From Pseudomonadota bacterium (GTDB lineage Bacteria > Pseudomonadota > Alphaproteobacteria > Sphingomonadales > Sphingomonadaceae), in assembly GCA_041169825.1 (NCBI GenBank), contig JBEEIN010000220.1, forward strand, positions 1 to 32,739: DNA of 32,739 nucleotides, in the 5' to 3' direction. Below, piece after piece: positions 1-8,045 of the stretch; position 1 is the first letter of the stretch; the number at the start of each line of letters is the position of its first letter. Below the pieces are notes generated by a model. It was not told the origin of the DNA. It did not search any database and saw nothing but the letters and a program-made list of their open reading frames with translations. A program made the translations under genes and the position numbers.

Positions 1-19
1 ATTTCGCGCGCTAGCGCGC

Positions 20-48
20 TTGCCCTTTGCTCCGGGGGCCACTAAGGG
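20..48 (+). promoter_or_regulatory. Putative sigma70 promoter of tRNA-Leu/tig (TTGCCC-N17-TAAGGG)
   Basis: TTGCCC at 20-25, 17-nt spacer, TAAGGG at 43-48. A -10 lacking the -7 T is common in alphaproteobacteria. Lies upstream of the tRNA. Confidence 0.45.
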
Positions 49-106
49 CCACCGCTTGATTCAGGCCGAATCTGAATCGGTCCAGAGTTTTATGCTTCGT
101 CGGTTA

Positions 107-191
107 GCGGGCGTGGCGGAATTGGTAGACGCGCTGGTTTTAGGTACCAGTATCGAAAGATGTGGGGGTTCGAGTCCCTTCGCCCGCACCA
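107..191 (+). tRNA. tRNA-Leu (anticodon TAG)
   Basis: Acceptor GCGGGCG...CGCCCGC-A-CCA, D-loop GGAATTGGTAGAC, anticodon arm CTGGT-TTTAGGT-ACCAG, long variable arm, GGTTCGAGTCC T-arm; 85 nt. tRNA-Leu upstream of tig is a typical arrangement. Confidence 0.97.
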
Positions 192-250
192 GTCCCGCCC
201 GGTTGCCCGCCCCCGCCGCAGCCGAGGTGTTTTAGAAGGCTTCTTTTGTC

Positions 251-1771
251 ATGCAGATTGTCGAGACCAGCAACGAAGGTTTGAAGCGCGCCTATACGGT
301 GAAGATCCCCGCAAAGGATATCGCCGCGCGGATCGAAGGCGAAGTGGCCAAGATCGCTCCGCAGGTGCGCATGCCAGGCTTCCGTCCGGGCAAGGTCCCG
401 GCCAATCTGGTGCGCAAGATGCACGGCCCGGCGCTGCATCAGGAAGCGCTGAACACGTCCGTGCGTGAAGCGATGGACAAGCTTCTGGCCCAGCACAAGC
501 TGCGTCCGGCCATGCAGCCGGAAGTCGCGCTGGGCGAAGGCTATGAGGAAGGCAAGGACGCCGAGCTGTCGGTTGCAGTCGAAGTGCTGCCCGCGATCAC
601 CGTCCCCGCGCTTGACGGCCTTTCGCTCGAAAAGCTGGTGGTGGATGTCGCCGAAGCCGAAGTGGACGAGCAGGTTGCCCGTCTCGCCTCGGGTGCCAAG
701 AGCTTCACCGATGCGAAGAAGGGCAAGAAGGCCGAAACCGGCGATCAGCTGATCATCGATTTTGTCGGCAAGCTTGATGGCGTTGAGTTTGAAGGCGGCA
801 AGGCGGAAGATGCCGCGCTGGAAATCGGCTCGGGCCGCTTCATTCCAGGTTTCGAAGAGCAGCTGGTCGGCGCCAAGGTTGGCGATGAAAAGACCATCAC
901 TGTCACTTTCCCGGCTGACTATCCGGCTGAAAACCTGAAGGGCAAGGACGCCACCTTCGACATCACCGTCAAGGCGGTGAAGGTCGCCGGTGAAACCAAG
1001 ATCGACGACGATTTCGCCAAGAACCTGGGTCTCGAAAGCCTAGATCAGCTCAAGGGCCTGCTGCGTGGTCAGATTGAGCAGGAACTGGCCGGCCTGACCC
1101 GCACCCAGATGAAGCGCGCCCTGCTTGACCAGCTTGCTGCTGGCCATGATTTTGACGTGCCGCCGAGCATGGTTGAGGCCGAATTCAGCCAGATCTGGGC
1201 CCAGCTTCAGCAGGAAGCCCAGAACGAGGAAGATCCGGCTGCCGCGATCGCCGAGATCGAGGCCGAAAAGGAAGACTACCGCGGTATCGCCGTGCGCCGC
1301 GTGCGCCTGGGCCTGCTGCTGTCGGAAATCGGCCAGGCCAACGGCGTTGAAGTCAGCGCTCAGGAAATGCAGATGCTCGTTGCCCAGGCAGCGCAGCAGT
1401 ATCGCCCGGAAGATCGTCAGCGCTTCGCCGAATACATCAGCCAGGATCCGCTTGCCGCGGCCCAGCTGCGTGCGCCGCTGTTCGAGGACAAGGTGGTCGA
1501 CTTCCTGTTCGACAAGGCCGAAGTGACCGAACGCAAGGTCAGCCGCGAGGAGCTGCAGGCGGCAATCGAGGCTGAAGAAACTACCGCTCCGGCCGCCAAG
1601 CCGGCCAAGAAGGCTGCGCCGAAGAAGGCGGCCAAGGCCGATGAAAAGCCCGCCAAGGAAGCCAAGGCTAAGGCGGAAAAGGCTGAAAAGCCGGCCAAGA
1701 AGGATGCTGCTCCCAAGGCCGAAAAGGCTGACAAGAAGCCAGCTGCCAAGAAGGCTCCGGCAAAGAAGTAA
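251..1771 (+). CDS. tig: Trigger factor (ribosome-associated chaperone/PPIase)
   Basis: GFRPGKVP ribosome-binding signature, FKBP-type domain (IDFVGKLDGVEFEGG, FIPGFEEQL, VTFPADY), K/A/P-rich C-terminal tail. Confidence 0.97.
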   Translation: MQIVETSNEGLKRAYTVKIPAKDIAARIEGEVAKIAPQVRMPGFRPGKVPANLVRKMHGPALHQEALNTSVREAMDKLLAQHKLRPAMQPEVALGEGYEEGKDAELSVAVEVLPAITVPALDGLSLEKLVVDVAEAEVDEQVARLASGAKSFTDAKKGKKAETGDQLIIDFVGKLDGVEFEGGKAEDAALEIGSGRFIPGFEEQLVGAKVGDEKTITVTFPADYPAENLKGKDATFDITVKAVKVAGETKIDDDFAKNLGLESLDQLKGLLRGQIEQELAGLTRTQMKRALLDQLAAGHDFDVPPSMVEAEFSQIWAQLQQEAQNEEDPAAAIAEIEAEKEDYRGIAVRRVRLGLLLSEIGQANGVEVSAQEMQMLVAQAAQQYRPEDRQRFAEYISQDPLAAAQLRAPLFEDKVVDFLFDKAEVTERKVSREELQAAIEAEETTAPAAKPAKKAAPKKAAKADEKPAKEAKAKAEKAEKPAKKDAAPKAEKADKKPAAKKAPAKK

Positions 1772-1794
1772 GAGCCGGGCCAATCGTCCGAATT

Positions 1795-1834
1795 GAGCGG
1801 GGCGGCGCCACTGGCGACCGCCCCGTTTGCTTTT
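1795..1834 (+). terminator. Intrinsic terminator after tig, probably also serving the convergent TetR gene
   Basis: GAGCGGGGCGG pairs with CCGCCCCGTTT, inner CGCCA/TGGCG stem, followed by GCTTTT. Confidence 0.75.
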
Positions 1835-1837
1835 GGG

Positions 1838-2464
1838 CTATTGCGGTTGGAAGGCGCGGCGGACGTAGACCGGCATCTGCTCGGCAATTTGCTCCAAAGG
1901 CGTAACCGTCATGCCGATCCGGCTCATTCGCGCCAGCCATTGCGGCGCACCGGATGCCAGCGCCACGAAGATATCGCCTTCCACCTCTGGAAGTCGTCCG
2001 GCAGCGATATGGGGCTGGGCCCAGGCCTGGCCGCGCAGGCTGATTGCATCCCGCAATTCGGTTGATTCAGCCGCAAATCGCTCGATCCAGTTTGAGCCGG
2101 AGACATCAAACATGAAGGCCGCGCCGCCCGGCTCTTCGCGCTGGAAGGTAAAGGCCGCCCGCACTGCCGCCTCGACCCCCTCAAGGGGATCGTCCGGCTC
2201 GGTCATGGCTTCCATGATCCTGTTCCAGAATTCCGCCCGGACCATTGCGTAAATCGTGTAGCCCAGGGCTTCCTTGGTGGGGAACTGGTGAAACAATGCG
2301 CCATTCGAGACGCCGGACGCACGGCAGATCTCAGCCACGGAGGTTTCATCAAAGCCCTTCGCCAGGAAAAGCTCACGCGCGGCGCTGACAATCCGGTTAC
2401 GGGTGTCTAAGGATCGGTTCTGCTTCACCTGCGGGTCTTTGCTATAGTTTACCAATCCTTGCAA
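1838..2464 (-). CDS. TetR/AcrR family transcriptional regulator (start uncertain; GTG at 2428 is an alternative)
   Basis: N-terminal TetR HTH: TRNRIVSAARELFLAKGFDETSVAEICRASGVSNGALFHQFPTKEAL. Confidence 0.9.
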   Translation of the reverse strand: MQGLVNYSKDPQVKQNRSLDTRNRIVSAARELFLAKGFDETSVAEICRASGVSNGALFHQFPTKEALGYTIYAMVRAEFWNRIMEAMTEPDDPLEGVEAAVRAAFTFQREEPGGAAFMFDVSGSNWIERFAAESTELRDAISLRGQAWAQPHIAAGRLPEVEGDIFVALASGAPQWLARMSRIGMTVTPLEQIAEQMPVYVRRAFQPQ

Positions 2465-2476
2465 TGGTTTGGAGCG

Positions 2477-3991
2477 CTACTCCCCCCAACGCTTAAAGTT
2501 TGGTTGGGGCAGCTTGGCCGTCCGTGCCCGCTCATAGGCGGCCCCAGCCTGAAGCAGAGCATGATCCTGCCATTTTGCCCCCATGAACGAAAGACCGACG
2601 GGCATGCCCTCGACCGCGCCCATCGGCACGGTCAGATGCGGATAGCCCGCGATCGCGGCAAGGCTGCCGGCTCCGACATCGAGAAAGCGATCGCCGGAGA
2701 TAAGGTCGCTCGCCCAACCAGGGCCTTCGGTTGGGGCAATCAGCAGGCTGACCTTGTTATCGGCCAAAAGTTTGTCGATCCCCAGCTCGCCCGCCAGCTT
2801 GAGCGAATTGGCCCGCGCCTTGGCATAGGCTTCGGCATCGGTCAGCTTGTCCGCGGCAATAAAGGTTTCCTGCCCAAACCAGCGCAGTTCCTTGTCGGCA
2901 TTGGCACGGTTAAATTCGATCACCTCCGCCAGGCTGCGCGGTAGACCCGTGCCAGGGAGCGTCTTGAGGTAGGCGTTAAGATCGCGCTTCAGCTCATAGC
3001 GCAGCACAAAACCCTCATCTCGGTACATCGAACTGTCCGGCTGGAAATCGATCTCGACAATTTCCGCACCGGCCGCCTTGAGGTCGGCGACTGCCTGCTC
3101 AAACACCTTGCGCACGCCCACGTGGCTGCCGATGGCCCGGGTCAATACGCCAATCCGCATGCCCTTGAACGAGGCAGAGGCGAGGCCTTGTGTGAAATCG
3201 GTCTTGCGTGCGTCGGCCTCGGCGGTTGCGGCATCGGCCGGATCGCTGCCGGCGATCGCATTCAGCAGCAAAGCGGCATCGGCGACAGTCCTGGTCATCG
3301 GCCCGGCAGTATCCTGACTGGCGCTGATCGGGATCACATGGGTGCGGCTGACAAGGCCCACTGTTGGCTTCAGGCCCACGATCCCGTTGATGCTGGCGGG
3401 ACAGGTGATCGATCCATCGGTTTCGGTCCCGATGGCAGCCCAGGCCATTCCGGCTGCAATGGCCGCGCCGCTGCCCGAGGATGAACCACAGGAATTGCGG
3501 TCGATCGCGTGGGGGTTCCGGGTTAGGCCGCCAACCGCGCTCCAGCCCGAAGTGCTGGGAGAATTGCGGATATTGGCCCACTCGCTGAGGTTGGTCTTGC
3601 CCAGCACCACCCCGCCTGCGGCGCGCAGCCGCGCGATCAGCGGGGCATCGCGATTGGTCCGGTTGGCGGCCAGCGCGAGCGACCCGGCCGTGGTCGGCCA
3701 TTCACGCGTTTCGATGTTGTCCTTGACCAAGACGGTCCGTCCATCGAGCGGCCCCGTTCCTGCCAGGCGGGCAGCCTCTTGCGGCGCAGTCGGATTGGCG
3801 ACGATCACGGCGTTGAGTTGCGGCCCCTTGGCCGAGTCATCCAGCCGGGCGATCGCCGCGAGGTAGGCCTTCGCTTCGGCGGCTCGCTGGGTCGGGGTTT
3901 GAGCGAGGCCGGGGCTGATCGCCATGCTTGCTGCGGTTGCCGGAAGCATCAGTCTGGCCGTGCGGGTGACAACGGATCGAAGGTTGGACAT
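2477..3991 (-). CDS. Amidase-signature family enzyme, probably exported
   Basis: VKDNI catalytic Lys, GKTNLSEWAN, GSSSGS, GTETDGSITCP (Ser-cisSer-Lys triad); signal-peptide-like N-terminus ending PGLA-Q. Confidence 0.92.
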   Translation of the reverse strand: MSNLRSVVTRTARLMLPATAASMAISPGLAQTPTQRAAEAKAYLAAIARLDDSAKGPQLNAVIVANPTAPQEAARLAGTGPLDGRTVLVKDNIETREWPTTAGSLALAANRTNRDAPLIARLRAAGGVVLGKTNLSEWANIRNSPSTSGWSAVGGLTRNPHAIDRNSCGSSSGSGAAIAAGMAWAAIGTETDGSITCPASINGIVGLKPTVGLVSRTHVIPISASQDTAGPMTRTVADAALLLNAIAGSDPADAATAEADARKTDFTQGLASASFKGMRIGVLTRAIGSHVGVRKVFEQAVADLKAAGAEIVEIDFQPDSSMYRDEGFVLRYELKRDLNAYLKTLPGTGLPRSLAEVIEFNRANADKELRWFGQETFIAADKLTDAEAYAKARANSLKLAGELGIDKLLADNKVSLLIAPTEGPGWASDLISGDRFLDVGAGSLAAIAGYPHLTVPMGAVEGMPVGLSFMGAKWQDHALLQAGAAYERARTAKLPQPNFKRWGE

Positions 3992-4127
3992 TCATCAACT
4001 CCGAACTGCTAGAATTAACTGGACGCGAGCTTATGGTCACAGCTGTGGAAACATCAATCGGTTAACGCCCTTGAACATCGCGCGCCCAGCGACGACATAG
4101 ACGAGAACCATTCACATGAGGAATTCC

Positions 4128-4814
4128 ATGCTCGACCTGTTCAATCAGCCCGGCGCCCAGGGCAAGTTCAACTACGATCCGATCACCGGCGCGCTGATTC
4201 CCGTCGTGGTCGAACAGTCGAGCCGCGGCGAACGCAGCTTTGACATTTACTCGCGCCTGCTGCGCGAACGGATCATTTTCGTGACGGGCGAAGTTGAGGA
4301 TCACATGGCTTCGGTCATTGTTGCCCAGCTGCTCTTCCTGGAAAGCGAGAACCCTTCAAAGGATATCTCGATGTACATCAACTCGCCCGGCGGGGTGGTG
4401 ACGGCCGGTCTCGCGATCCACGATACCATGCAATATATTCGCCCGCGCGTGTCGACCGTCTGCATCGGCCAGGCCTGCTCGATGGGCTCGTTCCTGCTCG
4501 CTGCCGGTGAGCCGGGCATGCGCATTGCCCTGCCGAATGCCCGCGTGATGATCCACCAGCCTTCAGGCGGTGCCCGCGGCATGGCCAGCGATATCGAGAT
4601 CCAGGCGCGCGAGATCCTCCGCCTGCGCCAGCGCATGAATGCGCACTATGCCAAGTATACCGGCAAGACCGTTGCGGAGATCGAGAAGGCGGTTGACCGC
4701 GACACGTGGCTGGAAGCCGACGAAGCGCTGGCCTTTGGTTTGGTCGACAAGGTTTTTGAAAGCCGGCCCAACACCGATTCCGACGCAAGCGGATCGGGCG
4801 GGGCGCCGGAGTAA
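4128..4814 (+). CDS. clpP: ATP-dependent Clp protease proteolytic subunit
   Basis: [19 protein letters not shown], catalytic Ser in GQACSMGS, His in MIHQP, Asp in DRD. Start set at ATG 4128 because AGGA precedes it; the ORF track starts at 4116. Confidence 0.97.
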   Translation: MLDLFNQPGAQGKFNYDPITGALIPVVVEQSSRGERSFDIYSRLLRERIIFVTGEVEDHMASVIVAQLLFLESENPSKDISMYINSPGGVVTAGLAIHDTMQYIRPRVSTVCIGQACSMGSFLLAAGEPGMRIALPNARVMIHQPSGGARGMASDIEIQAREILRLRQRMNAHYAKYTGKTVAEIEKAVDRDTWLEADEALAFGLVDKVFESRPNTDSDASGSGGAPE

Positions 4815-4841
4815 GCTGCGAAGGCTTTGCTAACCTTGCCG

Positions 4842-4869
4842 CTTCAGCCTGGGGCAAGCTCCCCTATGC
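4842..4869 (+). promoter_or_regulatory. Possible RpoH-type promoter for clpX (CTTCAG-N15-CCTATGC)
   Basis: Partial match to the alphaproteobacterial RpoH consensus CTTGAA-N15/16-CCTATAT; followed by hairpin ACTCGCCC...GGGCGAGT at 4893-4918. Confidence 0.3.
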
Positions 4870-4946
4870 TAGGCGCCGGGATTGATTAATGCACTCGCCC
4901 GGCTAGGATTGGGCGAGTCCCGCTCTGGCGGGAAACAGGAATAGGC

Positions 4947-6203
<1,257 letters not shown>

Positions 6204-6220
6204 GGCCGCCTCTCACTTCA

Positions 6221-6712
6221 TCAGTTTGACTGCTTGAAGAACACTTCGCCGTCACGCTTGACGACGATATCCTTTTGAACGCTGGCCTTGAGCTGCCAGG
6301 CATCACCGTTCTTCACCCAGGTATCGTTCGAGGTGACTTCGAACTCCATGGTCATTTCGTTGCCGTCCGGACCAGGACGCGTCGCCTTTGCCGCGAGTTG
6401 CTGCTTTACCGCAGCAGTGGTCCCGGTGACGGTGGCTTCGAGGACAATTGTCTTGGCATCGCGGCCCATGGCGGCTGGCATGCGCTGCATCATTTGCGCA
6501 AGCGCCGCTGCATCGCGCACTTCACCCTGAATGTCGGTCATGGTGTAACCAGGGGCGAGGATCGCTCCGATCGCGGCCTGGTCTTGTGCCATCATGGCGG
6601 CGCGGAACGTATCGTAACGAGTTTGGAACAGGGCCTTGGGATCTTCTTGCGCGGCGGCACTGCCGGCAATAGCCACGGCGACCATTGCGCCAAACCAGGG
6701 TGAAACGCGCAT
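6221..6712 (-). CDS. Exported NTF2-like (DUF4440-type) protein
   Basis: ATG 6712 with AAAGGA SD; signal peptide ending SAAA-Q; ILAPGYTMTDIQG and C-terminal DTWVKNGDAWQL typical of NTF2/SnoaL-fold proteins. Confidence 0.75.
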   Translation of the reverse strand: MRVSPWFGAMVAVAIAGSAAAQEDPKALFQTRYDTFRAAMMAQDQAAIGAILAPGYTMTDIQGEVRDAAALAQMMQRMPAAMGRDAKTIVLEATVTGTTAAVKQQLAAKATRPGPDGNEMTMEFEVTSNDTWVKNGDAWQLKASVQKDIVVKRDGEVFFKQSN

Positions 6713-6746
6713 TCTCAATCCTTTCCCGAAAACGGTGGTGCCATCC

Positions 6747-7715
6747 TTAATGGTGATGGCCACCGTGGCCTGCAAGGCTGCACGGTTCGCCGCCCAGTTC
6801 GATCTGGATCGTCGAATGATCAATTCCGAAGTGGCTTGCCAGTTCTTCCGCCAGCTTGTGCAGGGCGGCATCGCCGGGGTGCCCGCCTGGCATCTCAAGA
6901 TGAGCGGTCAGCGCGGTCTCGGTGGTGCTCATTGGCCAAATGTGCAGATCGTGCACAGTTGAAACACCCGGGCGGGCCATCAACCAGCGATGGACCGCGT
7001 CGGGATCGATGCCGGGCGGGACGGCCAGCAAGCCCATGCGCAGGGCGTTCTTAAGCAAGCCCCAGCTACCCCAGCCAATCGCCAGCGTGATCAGCAGGCT
7101 GGTCAGCGGATCGATCCAGGCCTTTCCGGTCCACCAAATGAGCGCCCCGGCCACCACGACGCCCGCCGAAACGGCGGCATCGGCCAACAGGTGCACGAAA
7201 GCTGCGCGCAGGTTGAGGTCTTCCTTCTGCCCGCTCGCAAAAAGCGCGGCGGACAGTGCGTTGATGGCAATTCCAGTCGCCGCGACCGCCATCATCACCC
7301 CGCCTTCGATCGGCTGCGGGTAGAAAAAGCGGTGAATGGTCTCGAACAGGATCGCGCCGAGCGCAACCCACAGCAGGGCGGCATTGGCAATCGCGGCCAG
7401 GATCGACGAGCTTTTGAAGCCATACGTATAGCCAGCCCGTGCGGGCTTGGCGGCAAGCACACTGGCGGCCCAGGCGAGCAAAAGGGCAAGCACGTCGGAC
7501 AGATTGTGACCGGCATCGGCCAGCAGCGCCATCGAGCCGCTCATCAAACCGGCCGCGACCTCAATCACCACGAAACCCAGATTCAGCGCGACCGCAAGGC
7601 CAAACGCGCGACCGGACCCCGCTATGGTGTGGCCGTGATCATGGTGATCGTGATGGTGGTGTCCGTGGCCGCGGTGGTGGTGAACCCCCGGACCATGGTG
7701 ATGCGCGCCGCCCAT
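6747..7715 (-). CDS. Cation diffusion facilitator (CzcD/ZitB-like Zn/Co/Cd exporter)
   Basis: SMALLADAGHNLSD signature, HLLAD in TM5 (HD-HD site A), VHDLHIW, HSTIQIE; His-rich N- and C-termini; ATG 7715 with AAGGGA SD. Confidence 0.93.
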   Translation of the reverse strand: MGGAHHHGPGVHHHRGHGHHHHDHHDHGHTIAGSGRAFGLAVALNLGFVVIEVAAGLMSGSMALLADAGHNLSDVLALLLAWAASVLAAKPARAGYTYGFKSSSILAAIANAALLWVALGAILFETIHRFFYPQPIEGGVMMAVAATGIAINALSAALFASGQKEDLNLRAAFVHLLADAAVSAGVVVAGALIWWTGKAWIDPLTSLLITLAIGWGSWGLLKNALRMGLLAVPPGIDPDAVHRWLMARPGVSTVHDLHIWPMSTTETALTAHLEMPGGHPGDAALHKLAEELASHFGIDHSTIQIELGGEPCSLAGHGGHHH

Positions 7716-7904
7716 TGCTGTCCCTTCTTGCGGGGACCGTTGCACAATTGCCGCACTGCAGCAACAATCGTTCACATTCAGATTGACGTATAACCCGCAG
7801 CTTTGGGCCATTTTTTGGCGTTTTCGAACGATAATTACGCAATAGTCCAGCCGAAGGAAATAATGTTCTCGCCACAGGGGCAATCGCAGACGAGGGTGGG
7901 GAAC

Positions 7905-7922
7905 TAGTCACAGACTTGTCAC
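7905..7922 (+). promoter_or_regulatory. Pho-box-like direct repeat TAGTCAC-N4-TTGTCAC
   Basis: GTCAC repeated at 11-bp periodicity, resembling CTGTCAT-N4-CTGTCAC, about 125 nt upstream of the TonB receptor; candidate -10 TAGAGG at 7934-7939. Confidence 0.55.
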
Positions 7923-8045
7923 GCGCACCTGTTTAGAGGCCCGCACTGCGGCGCTATGAGCGTCCGCATCCGGCATCCGGGCGATTCGCCCGGTGTCCTA
8001 AGACACGTGTTTCTCAAGTCTGCCACAACAGGGAATCCCTACGTC

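Noticed and set aside
107-250. tRNA-Leu as integration site of an island
   Set aside because: No integrase and no duplicated tRNA 3' end seen; tig follows directly.
4070-4100. RpoH promoter for clpP (CTTGAA...GACATAG)
   Set aside because: Good -35, but the spacer is about 18 nt and the -10 is poor; biologically plausible but not supportable from sequence alone.
7827-7845. Fur/Zur-like box (CGATAATTACGCAAT)
   Set aside because: Only half matches and the spacing is wrong for a palindromic Fur or Zur site.
7850-8045. Cobalamin or other riboswitch upstream of the TonB receptor (GCCCGCACTG and GCCAC fragments)
   Set aside because: The conserved blocks (GGGAA..GGTG.AA.TCC, B12 box) are missing or out of order. 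An Rfam scan would settle it.
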